Assembly (NCBI GenBank): GCA_964607485.1
Contig: CAZSKP010000012.1
Location: 1 to 64,000 of the forward strand
DNA: 64,000 nt
From: an uncultured bacterium
GTDB taxonomy: Bacteria; Abyssobacteria; SURF-5
Direction: 5' to 3'
Below the pieces are notes generated by a model. That model was not told the origin of the DNA. It saw only the letters and a program-made list of their open reading frames with translations, and made no database searches. A program made the position numbers and the translations under genes. Shown in pieces: positions 8,435 through 17,544 of this stretch (its first letter is position 1; every line of letters begins with the position of its first letter).

Positions 8435-9850
8435 ATGAAAAAGGTGTTTGTGGACAGGTGGGATGAGCAGATTGAGATAAGCGTGCCGGAGTCGGCGACT
8501 GTGATTCAGGCTGAGCCGAGGGCGGAGTATCCCGTGCTCGACGACCCGATTGAGGCGATACGCCGGGCGCTCGCCTCGCCGCTCGGCATGCCCCCGTTGC
8601 GCGAGCTTGTGAGCAAGAACAGCAAGGTCGCCATCGCGTTCGACGACCCGCTGAAATACGGCCCCAAATATCTGACCGTGCCGATTGTGATAGAGGAGCT
8701 CGAGCGGGCGTGCGTGAAGAGGGCGAACATCACGCTGGTGAGCGCCAACGGCACACACGACCGGCCCGCGAAGGAAGACTTCAAGGGGATGTTTCGCGAG
8801 CGGTATCCCGTGCTGCCCGACGAGCTCGTCGAAGAGTTCTGGCCCGACCGCTTCATCAACCACGACGCGCTCGACGCCGACATGCTGGTTGACATGGGCG
8901 CCTCCCGGCTGGGCGACCCTGTCGAGCACAACCGCGTGCTCGTCGATTCGGACCTCACCATTTACACCGGCAGCGTGTTTCCGCTCATCTGGGGCGGCTA
9001 CAGCGGCGAGGGCGTCGCGGTCGGTCTCGCGAGCGCGCGTAGCATCTACTCGCATCATCGCTATTCGGTCGTCGGTCCGGCCGACGCCATCAACGGCGAC
9101 CCGCGCACGCAGGAGTACCGCCGCCACAAGGACGCCATCATGGAGCACATCGAGGAGTTCCTTGGAAAGCGGGTCTTCTACCTGAACGGAGTGCCCGACC
9201 CGACGGGCGACTGGGCCGGCTTTTTCGCGGGACATTACAAGGAGATTCAGGAGCCGGAGTGGGAATGCGCCGACCGCCAGCACCTTCACAGGACACCGCA
9301 GGCGGACGTGATCGTCGCCGGATTGCCGCGTTACGTGTGGTACGGCGACACGCGCAACCCGATCATCAACATTCTGGCAGCGACGACCATCATGCGCAGT
9401 TGGCGCAATAGGCCGCTCCTCAAGCAAGGCGGCGTTGTCGTCCTCGTGAGCAAGTGCGACGGCCACATCGATTCGGCGAAACATCCGTCGTATGCGCGCG
9501 CGCTCAAGCTGTTCGGGGAGACCGGCTCGGCCGCGGCGCTCGAGGAGAAGCATTTCGAGAGCCTGCTCTCCGATGAGGGCCTGCTGATGAAGTACCACGA
9601 ATCGAACGCTTACCCGCCCATTCATCCGATATGGCTGTTCAACGAAAACCAGTATGCAATCGATCACGCCGCGAGCGTCATCATAGCGACCGCCGAAGAT
9701 GCCGCCGCACCCGCGCTCGTCGGCGCGAAGCATGCCGCCACCGTCGAGGACGCGATGGCCAGCGCGCTCAAGCAGACGGGACGCGACGCGCGCATCCTGG
9801 CGCTTCCAAACTTTTTTTCGTACGTGCCGATGGTATTTCAGGTGGAATGA
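8435..9850 (+). CDS. LarA-like (lactate racemase domain / DUF2088) protein
   Basis: ALASPLGMPPLREL, KVAIAFDD, ANGTH, NHDALD, DSDLTIY motifs. Confidence 0.75.
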   Translation: MKKVFVDRWDEQIEISVPESATVIQAEPRAEYPVLDDPIEAIRRALASPLGMPPLRELVSKNSKVAIAFDDPLKYGPKYLTVPIVIEELERACVKRANITLVSANGTHDRPAKEDFKGMFRERYPVLPDELVEEFWPDRFINHDALDADMLVDMGASRLGDPVEHNRVLVDSDLTIYTGSVFPLIWGGYSGEGVAVGLASARSIYSHHRYSVVGPADAINGDPRTQEYRRHKDAIMEHIEEFLGKRVFYLNGVPDPTGDWAGFFAGHYKEIQEPEWECADRQHLHRTPQADVIVAGLPRYVWYGDTRNPIINILAATTIMRSWRNRPLLKQGGVVVLVSKCDGHIDSAKHPSYARALKLFGETGSAAALEEKHFESLLSDEGLLMKYHESNAYPPIHPIWLFNENQYAIDHAASVIIATAEDAAAPALVGAKHAATVEDAMASALKQTGRDARILALPNFFSYVPMVFQVE

Positions 9851-9866
9851 GAGGGAGGATGAGGAC

Positions 9867-10682
9867 GTGGAGCTCAAGGGAAAGTGCGCGCTCGTCACCG
9901 GCGCGGCCAGGGGCCTCGGACGCGCGATAGCGCTGGCGCTTGCGGCGGAGGGGGTGAACGTCGCGGTCGCCGATATCGGCGGCGGGGGCAAGAATGCGCC
10001 CGGCTACGAGCTTGCCGGACAAGATGAATTGCAGGCGACGGCCGAACAGATTGCCGCCCTCGGAGTCAAAGCGGCCGCCATACAGGCCGACGTTACCAAC
10101 TCCGCACAGGTCGCCGACATGGTCGAGCAGACGATCAAGGAGCTTGGCGGACTGCACATCCTCGTGAACAATGCGGGCATCATCATAGCCGCGCCCGTGC
10201 TGGCGCTGGAGGAATCGCAGTGGGACGCCGTGCTCAACGTGAACCTCAAGGGCGTGTTCCTGTGCTGCAAGGCTGTGGCCGCCCACATGATCGACCAGAG
10301 GCTGGGACGCATCGTGAACATTTCCTCCATCGCGGGAAAGCGCGGCCACGGGGGCGTGTCGGCCTATTCGGCGTCGAAGGCGGGAGTAATCTCCTTCACG
10401 CAATCGCTCGCCGAAGAGCTCGGTCCGTTCAACATAACGGTGAATGCGATATGTCCGGGCTATTTGGAGACAGCGATGTGGTCGGGATGCCTTTCGCCGG
10501 CTGCATCGGCGGTGTTGGGAGTGGAAGTAGAGCAGGCCTTCGACGAGTTTGTCAAGCGAAACACGCCGTTGGGACGCCCTCAGACCCCCGAGGACATCGG
10601 CGAAGGCGTGGTGTTCCTCTGCAGGGCCGAGAACATCTCCGGTATCGCAATGAACATAGCGGGTGGCGCCGAGATGATTTGA
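9867..10682 (+). CDS. Short-chain dehydrogenase/reductase
   Basis: TGAARGLG, NNAG, YSASK, NAICPG; GTG start after a purine-rich RBS. Confidence 0.9.
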   Translation: MELKGKCALVTGAARGLGRAIALALAAEGVNVAVADIGGGGKNAPGYELAGQDELQATAEQIAALGVKAAAIQADVTNSAQVADMVEQTIKELGGLHILVNNAGIIIAAPVLALEESQWDAVLNVNLKGVFLCCKAVAAHMIDQRLGRIVNISSIAGKRGHGGVSAYSASKAGVISFTQSLAEELGPFNITVNAICPGYLETAMWSGCLSPAASAVLGVEVEQAFDEFVKRNTPLGRPQTPEDIGEGVVFLCRAENISGIAMNIAGGAEMI

Positions 10683-10719
10683 GAGTAACTGCGGAGAGCA
10701 CGAAATACTTTACACTCTT

Positions 10720-10827
10720 GTCATCCTGAACGAAGGGTCTCGGACCCGTGGGCCGCAGGCCCAAGTGAAGGATCTCATTTTTTGCCAGACCACAAACTTT
10801 GAGATTCTTCGCTGCGCTCAGAATGAC
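10720..10827. repeat. GTCAT...ATGAC palindromic repeat element
   Basis: gtcatcctgaacgaagg...gagattcttcgctgcgctcagaatgac; close inverted copy at 41069-41166. Confidence 0.8.
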
Positions 10828-10997
10828 GACTATTAGCTGCCCCGAGCAGTAAGTGCTCAAGAGCATTTCAACAAGAAGAAGCGGAGAAGAACGAAGCCGA
10901 GCCACGACGGCAACGCTTCGGCGCAGCCTGCATGGCTCGGCTTGACAAGTCCAAGCCGAGAAGCCAAGACGAATGTGAGAGCGGCGCGGTTTCCGAT

Positions 10998-12173
10998 TTA
11001 CTCCTTAACGAACGACCGCACCTCGTCGCTCGTGACTATGACGCGCGGGGAGACATCCAGGTCCGCTCCACGCACCCGCCAATAAACGGTCTTGCCGGAA
11101 GGAATCTTATTCCAAATTGTTGAAGGCATCGTCCAGCTTGTATCGTAAATGAGCTGGTGAAGGTTCGCTTGAGTGGACCAGAGCGGCACGTTGGGCGGTA
11201 TGGAGAAATCCACGGCATACACGTTGCTTGTCCCGCCGTCAACGGTCCAGAAGAACGTCGGAGGAGCGCTCAGAGTGGGCACGCCCTCGGGAGAAACCAG
11301 ATTTATCTGGGTCAGCCCGGCGTCAGCGGAGAGTTCGCAATTCGCCATGCCGAAGCTCAGGCTATTGGCGTGTCCCCCCCACCCAATCCAGAAGGTGCCG
11401 TCGCGATTCGGCCCTCCGGTTGCGCCCCAACTGTTCTTGCACAACAGAGCCGCTTTCGCATCATCCCAACCGATGACCAGCACCGCGTGCCCGCCTTCGT
11501 ACACGCCGCTGGCCTGCCTGTAAACATCTCCGGGGCGCCCACTCCCCCAAAAGGAGAAGAAGTCCGAATATACCAGGAAGCTGAAGTAGGCCGGCCCGTC
11601 CTCGTAAATCGAGGTCTTGACGCTATTCAAATCGCTCGTGTTGATTGTGTAGAGGTTTGCCGTTCTATATGGCACAGGACTACAAACGAGATCATCACAC
11701 AGAACGGTCGTTTCCTCCGGGCATTGCGTATAGAAATCGCCGTAGTGAGTGCAGGATTCCTGCAGAGGATTGTTGGTGTACCAATATTGAAAGGCGCCGT
11801 AGTAGCCCCCGCAGCAGCCCCACATCGAATCGTTGCAGGAAAGCTGTTGCTGCTCCGACAGGTTGTACACGGGGCCGCCTGCAAGGATGATTTTGGATTC
11901 CAAGCATCCCACCGTGGCAAATGCCCAGCATGACCCACAACTGTGTTGGTCTTTGGCAGGAGTGACGACACCGTAATCGCGCCAGTCGAATGAGGACGGC
12001 AGCGGAGCCATCATGTGGCGGGGCGGAAAATGCTTAAGGGTCGCCTGGTATTCGATCGGGTCAAATCCCAAGTCACCCAGTGCCCATCTCTGTTCTTCCG
12101 CCCGGGCGTCTTTGCCGATAAGCAACAACCCGAAAACGGCTGAAACCACGAATACTTTCAGAAAACTCTTCAT
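10998..12173 (-). CDS. Secreted papain-like (C1) cysteine peptidase with a C-terminal beta-rich domain
   Basis: Signal peptide, LPSSFDWRD, QHSCGSCWAF, GGHAVLVIGW, KNSWG. Confidence 0.9.
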   Translation of the reverse strand: MKSFLKVFVVSAVFGLLLIGKDARAEEQRWALGDLGFDPIEYQATLKHFPPRHMMAPLPSSFDWRDYGVVTPAKDQHSCGSCWAFATVGCLESKIILAGGPVYNLSEQQQLSCNDSMWGCCGGYYGAFQYWYTNNPLQESCTHYGDFYTQCPEETTVLCDDLVCSPVPYRTANLYTINTSDLNSVKTSIYEDGPAYFSFLVYSDFFSFWGSGRPGDVYRQASGVYEGGHAVLVIGWDDAKAALLCKNSWGATGGPNRDGTFWIGWGGHANSLSFGMANCELSADAGLTQINLVSPEGVPTLSAPPTFFWTVDGGTSNVYAVDFSIPPNVPLWSTQANLHQLIYDTSWTMPSTIWNKIPSGKTVYWRVRGADLDVSPRVIVTSDEVRSFVKE

Positions 12174-12270
12174 GTCCTCGTCCTTTCGAGCCGAAAGCCG
12201 CGCTGGCCGTTCGTGATGCGGACTACCCATGTTTTGCCGGTGGCAATTGCATGTTTAATCTCCTGATTAA

Positions 12271-12287
12271 CGCACGAACTATGCCAA
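12271..12287 (-). promoter_or_regulatory. Candidate sigma54 (-24/-12) promoter of the C1 peptidase
   Basis: TTGGCATAGTTCGTGCG, GG-N10-GC spacing. Confidence 0.4.
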
Positions 12288-12583
12288 AATGCCGCTTCAG
12301 GCCCGCCTCCGGGCATATTGACGCAACCATGTATAAATAGAGACGTTACACCATTAGGGCGGTCCTCCACCTGCACTCATCCGCTTCGAGAGCCGCCTGC
12401 GAGATGTTCCCTTTTTCGTAAATATAGGCCGAAATACTGACAAATCTTGTCGGTGCAAGCGATAATGCGGCCGCTGAGTGTGCGACCGAAAAAAGGCTCC
12501 GGTATCGTGTGTTTCAGGAAGGATTTTGGAGAGACAAGTCGAGATAGCTGGGGCGGATGGGCTGCTGGTTCGTTGTCGTCGAT

Positions 12584-12844
12584 TCAACCGGCCGTGTATT
12601 GTTTCCATTCGGCGTCGCGCAGCGTGACCTCACCCATACGGTCAACGATATCGGGTCGTCCGAAGAAGAACAGCTTCCCCTTTGAATCTCTGGCCACCAG
12701 CACAATGGGCATACTCGGAAATACAGACTGAAGAGGTTTGATGAAGTCCCTCGCCCTGCCGGGCACATCGAGGACATCTTTATCCACTTTCACTACAGCC
12801 ACCGTGAGGCCCTCTTTTTCGATGAACGCACCTTGAACCTTCAC
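12584..12844 (-). CDS. Small hypothetical protein
   Basis: AAGGAG RBS, protein-like composition, co-oriented downstream of recA. Confidence 0.65.
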   Translation of the reverse strand: MKVQGAFIEKEGLTVAVVKVDKDVLDVPGRARDFIKPLQSVFPSMPIVLVARDSKGKLFFFGRPDIVDRMGEVTLRDAEWKQYTAG

Positions 12845-12918
12845 TTCATGTCTCCTTGCTCATCCACCAGCCCGCTCTACAAGAAACAAGAGGGCTGAAT
12901 CATATCTTGGCTCTACGC

Positions 12919-13941
12919 CTACGTCGCGGACTCCGATGGAATCATGCCGAGGCGCTTCTTGGTCTCTTCCGATATTTCTCTGAAGATATCGGGGTTCTCT
13001 TTCAGAAACTTGCGGGCGTTCTCGCGGCCCTGTCCGATGTGTTCGTTCTTGTAGGAGAACCACGCGCCGCTCTTGGAGATCACCTTCTGCTCGACCGCGA
13101 CGTCGATCAGGCTGCCCTCTTTTGAAATTCCCTCGCTGAACAGGATGTCGCACTCGGCGTCTTTGAACGGAGGTGCCACCTTGTTCTTGACAACCTTCAC
13201 CCTCGTGCGCGCGCCCACCGTCTCCTGACCATCCTTTATCGTTCCGAGACGCCTCACGTCGAGCCGGAGCGAAGAGTAGAATTTCAGCGCGCGCCCGCCC
13301 GGCGTGGTTTCGGGATTGCCGAACATGACCCCTATCTTTTCGCGTATCTGGTTTATGAAGATGACCGTCGTCTTCGACTTGTTGATGGAGGCGGTCAGCT
13401 TGCGCAGCGCCTTCGACATCAGTCGGGCCTGCAATCCCATCTGCTGGTCGCTCATCTCGCCCTCGATTTCCGCACGCGGCGTGAGCGCCGCCACCGAATC
13501 GACTACCACGACGTCGATCGCAGCGCTGCGGACCAGCATGTCCGCTATCTCCAGCGCCTGCTCGCCGCTGTCGGGCTGGGAGATGAAGAGGTCGTCGATG
13601 TTCACGCCGATCTTCTGAGAATAGTCGGGGTCGAGCGCGTGCTCGGCGTCTATGAATGCGGCCACGCCTCCATGTTTCTGCGTCTGCGCGACGACGTGCA
13701 GCGCCAGAGTGGTCTTGCCCGAGGATTCCGGCCCGAACACCTCGACGACTCGGCCGCGCGGGATGCCGCCGACTCCGAGAGCGCGGTCCAGAGCGATGAT
13801 GTCGGTGGGTATGGCCGGGACGCGCGACGCCTTCGCCGCATCGCCGAGCCTCATGATGGCGCCCTTGCCGAACTGTTTCTCGATCTGGGTGATCGCGAAC
13901 CCGAGAGCCTTTTCCTTGGTGTCACTTTCCTTGGTGGTCAT
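12919..13941 (-). CDS. recA: Recombinase RecA
   Basis: [44 protein letters not shown]. Confidence 0.99.
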   Translation of the reverse strand: MTTKESDTKEKALGFAITQIEKQFGKGAIMRLGDAAKASRVPAIPTDIIALDRALGVGGIPRGRVVEVFGPESSGKTTLALHVVAQTQKHGGVAAFIDAEHALDPDYSQKIGVNIDDLFISQPDSGEQALEIADMLVRSAAIDVVVVDSVAALTPRAEIEGEMSDQQMGLQARLMSKALRKLTASINKSKTTVIFINQIREKIGVMFGNPETTPGGRALKFYSSLRLDVRRLGTIKDGQETVGARTRVKVVKNKVAPPFKDAECDILFSEGISKEGSLIDVAVEQKVISKSGAWFSYKNEHIGQGRENARKFLKENPDIFREISEETKKRLGMIPSESAT

Positions 13942-14071
13942 ATCCGATCCCCTCTATGAATATCATGTGTGCGAAGCGTTCCGTCTTCTCCCCTGTAGAT
14001 TTTAGCTGATAAGACGATTATTTTCAAGTGAATAAATGGGGGACTGAAAAACCACAGGCGTGCCGCTCACA

Positions 14072-14653
14072 TCAGGCCGGGCGTCGGAAGGGAATCGCCT
14101 CCAGCTCGGTATAGACAGGGCCGGTGGACAAGGTCTTGCTTTTCATGACGGAAATCTTGTCGGCGCGCATCGAGCCGATAAAGACGTTGCGTTCCTCTTC
14201 GAGAAGCCGGCAGAGGTGCGACATGCCCTGCTGTCCCTTGACGCGCCCTATGGTGAGATGCGCCCTGAACTGCCGCTCTTCTTTGGGGAATCCGATCATC
14301 TCCAGCTCGCTCTCCACCCGCTGCTGGAGCCGCTTCACGTCTTCGGCGCCCTTCTCGATTCCGAGCCAGACCACCCTCGGGCGCTTCATGTTGGGAAAAC
14401 AGCCGACCGCCCTCAACTCGAGCTCTATTGGGTCGAAGCCCTCGACGGCCCTGTGGCAGGCGGCGAACACTTCGGGCAGGCGCGCCTCTTCCACGTTCCC
14501 GAGAAATTTCAGGGTGAGATGAGCAATCTCGGGCGCGACCCACCTGACGCTCGCCTTCGACGAGGCGAACTTGTCGATCACTTCACTGAGCGTTCTCTGG
14601 AGAGTGTTGCCGAGGTTTATCGCGATGAAGGTGCGGACGGTCGCCATGCGCAT
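14072..14653 (-). CDS. thpR: RNA 2',3'-cyclic phosphodiesterase (2H family)
   Basis: RTFIAI, two HLT motifs (HLTLKFLG, HLTIGR); adjacent to recA. Confidence 0.93.
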   Translation of the reverse strand: MRMATVRTFIAINLGNTLQRTLSEVIDKFASSKASVRWVAPEIAHLTLKFLGNVEEARLPEVFAACHRAVEGFDPIELELRAVGCFPNMKRPRVVWLGIEKGAEDVKRLQQRVESELEMIGFPKEERQFRAHLTIGRVKGQQGMSHLCRLLEEERNVFIGSMRADKISVMKSKTLSTGPVYTELEAIPFRRPA

Positions 14654-15384
14654 CAGCCTCCCGGCGGGGATGCAGCGGCCGTTTCGGGCGAATACAAGTG
14701 CAGCGGGATGCCGATATCGACGACCTTCAGTTGACCGGTATAGTTGCGGGCAAGAGGGTTTTCGAACCCCCTCTTCGCAAGCTGAAAGGTAATCGTCATG
14801 TTGGCGACGATCGCGACGCCGAGCGGCCTTCCGGTGTCGCCGTCCAGTCCGGAGGGGATGTCGATGGCAAGAACCGGACAGCCGGCCTCGTTGATGAACG
14901 TGATCACATCGCGGTAAAGGCCCGACACCTCGCCCGTCAGCCCCGTTCCCAGCAGAGCGTCGATGATGATTCCGCAGCGCTTCATTCGCTCTCGAAGCGC
15001 GGGCAGCCCCTTCTTCGTGACGCGGTGTATCGGCACGCCCATCTTCTGCAGAATCCGGAGGTTCACGCGGGCGTCGCCCCTTATCTTCGAGAGAGCCCCC
15101 ACGAGGAACACGTCGGTCTCGATTCCGTTGTTTATCAAATGACGCGCCACAACGAAGCCATCGCCGCCGTTGTTTCCCCGTCCGCAGAACACCAGCGCTG
15201 GCATGTCGCGACCCGCCAGCGCGTCATATGCCGCCTGGAACACGGCGCGGCCGGCATTTTCCATCAGCACGACGCCGGGAATGCCGATGGTATTAATGGC
15301 AAACGCGTCGATCCGTTTCATTTCCTCCGGGGTCACGGACCCGTGGGTCACAGACCCATGCGTCGCTGATCCGAACTCGGCCAT
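14653..15384 (-). CDS. nnrE: NAD(P)H-hydrate epimerase (stand-alone YjeF N-domain)
   Basis: LMENAG, CGRGNNGGDG, DALLGTG, AIDIPSGL, VVDIGIP. Confidence 0.92.
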   Translation of the reverse strand: MAEFGSATHGSVTHGSVTPEEMKRIDAFAINTIGIPGVVLMENAGRAVFQAAYDALAGRDMPALVFCGRGNNGGDGFVVARHLINNGIETDVFLVGALSKIRGDARVNLRILQKMGVPIHRVTKKGLPALRERMKRCGIIIDALLGTGLTGEVSGLYRDVITFINEAGCPVLAIDIPSGLDGDTGRPLGVAIVANMTITFQLAKRGFENPLARNYTGQLKVVDIGIPLHLYSPETAAASPPGG

Positions 15385-15531
15385 TTTCTCCGTTACCCTC
15401 TTTCCCGGCTGCTCGTTCGATCCAGCCGGTTTTGCCACTCCGCCTGCGGGAAGGCGCCCCGTGTGCGCGACCATGATATCACAGCCCGAAATGCTTTTTC
15501 AATTTGTCCAAGCATGGCCCCACAATGGCAG

Positions 15532-15560
15532 TGGACAAGCGGCGGGGTTTGATGTATAAT
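15532..15560 (+). promoter_or_regulatory. sigma70-type promoter, possibly giving a near-leaderless MFS transcript
   Basis: TGGACA-17 bp-TATAAT; ATG 9 nt downstream without RBS. Confidence 0.5.
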
Positions 15561-15569
15561 CCGCTTCCT

Positions 15570-16796
15570 ATGGAAACGAGTACTCCCTCCGTGCAGAAGG
15601 CCGCCGGGCTGAAGCAGATGTTTATCATCGGAAGCGCCTGGCTGGGGATGAGCGCCTTCTTTGCCTTCGACATGTCTTCCATGCCGCTGTTCTTCAACGC
15701 CCGCATCGAGCAGAAATGGATAGTGGGATTGATACTGGGCATGATGGGCGGTTTCGGAATAGTCATGGCCCCCGTGGTGGGAATAATGAGCGACAAGATA
15801 CGCCACCGCCTGGGTCGCCGCAGACCTCTCATGATAGTCGGACTGCCCCTGTTCGTGCTCGTTCTGGTGGGGACTCAATACATCCCGTGGGTGTGGCTCA
15901 TAGCGCTCGTCTGGCCGCTGGCATATTTCTTCCATCTAATCATTGAGCGGCCGTGGAGCGCGCTGATTCCCGACCTCTTTCCGCGAGACAAACGGGCCAC
16001 CGCCAACGGCGTAGCCCAGTTGATGGGAGGCTGCGGCAACCTGCTGTTCTTTGTGGTTGGCGCGTATCTGTGGGCGAGGAACGAGGAGGCCACGTTCTAC
16101 CTGGTGGCCGCCGTGTATGCGGTCGGTATCCTGACCGTTCTGTTCGGAATCAAGGAAAAGCCCACGCATCTGGTTGAGCCTCGAGGGGTGACGGGCGAGA
16201 AGCTGCGCGATTACGTCAAGGGGCTGCGCAAGCACAAGGCGCTCCTGCGCTTCACCTTCGCCCAACTGTTCTGGCAGACGGGATTCCAGGGGGTGCTGCC
16301 GTGGCTCACATCCTTCGGCACAAAGGACATTGGGATGAGCATGGAATTGTCATTCATGCTGCTCGCATTGGCGGTGGCAGTACAAATCGCCTTCTCGATT
16401 CCCGTGGGAATGCTGGCCGACAGGGTCGGGCACAAGCTTGTGACCAGCGCCGGGCTGGTGATTTTCGCAGGCATTAATGTTTGGATTGTTTTCGTCCACT
16501 CGGTTCCAATCCTGTTTGTGATGATGGGGCTCGTGGCGCTGGGCTTCTGCATTGTCATGGTGGTTCCCTATGCCATGGTCGTGAACCTGATTCCGGATGA
16601 CAGGATGGCCGAGTTCATCGGCATCGCATGGATTTCGATATACGTATCCGTATTTCTGGGGCGGTTGCTCACGGGGTTCCTGATAGATTCGTTCGGCAGC
16701 TATCGCTCCATCTTCGTGTTTGCAGCCATCTGCCACACGGTGGGCCTGCTTCTCTTGCAGGGAGTGGAGGAGAAGAGAGAGCAGGAAAAGGGGTGA
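15570..16796 (+). CDS. MFS transporter (sugar/glycoside-like)
   Basis: About 12 TM helices, GIMSDKIRHRLGRRRP and GMLADRVGHK loops. Confidence 0.9.
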   Translation: METSTPSVQKAAGLKQMFIIGSAWLGMSAFFAFDMSSMPLFFNARIEQKWIVGLILGMMGGFGIVMAPVVGIMSDKIRHRLGRRRPLMIVGLPLFVLVLVGTQYIPWVWLIALVWPLAYFFHLIIERPWSALIPDLFPRDKRATANGVAQLMGGCGNLLFFVVGAYLWARNEEATFYLVAAVYAVGILTVLFGIKEKPTHLVEPRGVTGEKLRDYVKGLRKHKALLRFTFAQLFWQTGFQGVLPWLTSFGTKDIGMSMELSFMLLALAVAVQIAFSIPVGMLADRVGHKLVTSAGLVIFAGINVWIVFVHSVPILFVMMGLVALGFCIVMVVPYAMVVNLIPDDRMAEFIGIAWISIYVSVFLGRLLTGFLIDSFGSYRSIFVFAAICHTVGLLLLQGVEEKREQEKG

Positions 16797-16896
16797 TATC
16801 TTGAACTATAAGGTTTATGTGGTTACACTTCTTCCTCAGTCTCAAATGAATTTCAAAACCCTATTATTCAACGGCCTGTTGCCCAAATGATTCAGA

Positions 16897-16994
16897 GTCA
16901 TTGCGAGGGAGAGTCATAGACTCGACCGAAGCAATCTCGGAGGCGTTTTCCTATGCCATCGGGATTGCTTCGTCGCTTTGCTCCTCGCAATGAC
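16897..16994. repeat. GTCATTGCGAGG...CCTCGCAATGAC palindromic repeat element
   Basis: Terminal inverted repeats; similar copy at 57056-57169. Confidence 0.8.
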
Positions 16995-17397
16995 GAGGCC
17001 GGGGAACGTTTCTTGGTGAGGAATCATTTGCGCAACACGCCACCAAGATCTGACCCCAGCGGGGCGCAAAAAAAACATCGCGCCGCCGCTCCCTTACCTA
17101 TCATTTTGTCCTGTCTTTCCCTTCTCAACGTTAATAAAATAGGAACGCGGCGCGATGTCGTAAACGCTCGGGAAAGTTTGTTTGAATCATAGCATTGGCA
17201 TTTTCCGTGCCATTCCCGGAAAACTCGTTCAGGCAAGGGCACTGCTAGCGCGTTTGGTCAAAAGAGTCGGGTGTATTCCGTTCATTCGCATGTCCGTTCA
17301 AGAGTTAACGACCGTCCGATAATAAGAGCGAGGTTCTTGTAGCAGGCACAAGAAGTTTATCAAATCGACAAGCCTGCTCCTGGGGTCGATCTCACCG

Positions 17398-17436
17398 AAA
17401 AAAAAGAAAGGTCCCCGCCCTCCGGAGCGAGGACCT
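17398..17436 (-). terminator. Rho-independent terminator closing the radical SAM/peptide operon
   Basis: 12-bp stem AGGTCCTCGCTC/GGGCGGGGACCT (two G-U pairs), loop CGGA, then TTCTTTTTTTT. Confidence 0.85.
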
Positions 17437-17457
17437 CTCCTCGGCCTCATCGCCTTG

Positions 17458-17520
17458 TCAGCACGAGGCCTTGCACTTGCAGGTTCCGCCGACCTTACGG
17501 GTCAACTTGCGGATCTTCAC
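17458..17520 (-). CDS. 20-aa Cys-rich peptide MKIRKLTRKVGGTCKCKASC, candidate RiPP precursor
   Basis: GTG...TGA ORF; RBS GGAGGAGGTG just upstream; starts 24 bp after the radical SAM stop; followed by a terminator. Confidence 0.8.
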   Translation of the reverse strand: MKIRKLTRKVGGTCKCKASC

Positions 17521-17544
17521 TGCTGACCACCTCCTCCGAGAGGT

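Noticed and set aside
8147-9991. Long minus-strand ORF (614 aa) and other long antisense ORFs such as 33593..35245, 43093..44466, 45436..46704 and 48932..50482
   Set aside because: Shadow ORFs opposite well-supported genes in GC-rich DNA, with no recognisable motifs
15330-15365. Short THGSV tandem duplication at the NnrE N-terminus
   Set aside because: A 15-bp in-frame duplication in a variable region with no evident significance
17458-17520. Peptide as a mycofactocin (MftA) or PQQ (PqqA) precursor
   Set aside because: Lacks the IDGxCGVY and ExxxY motifs; no mft or pqq accessory genes nearby
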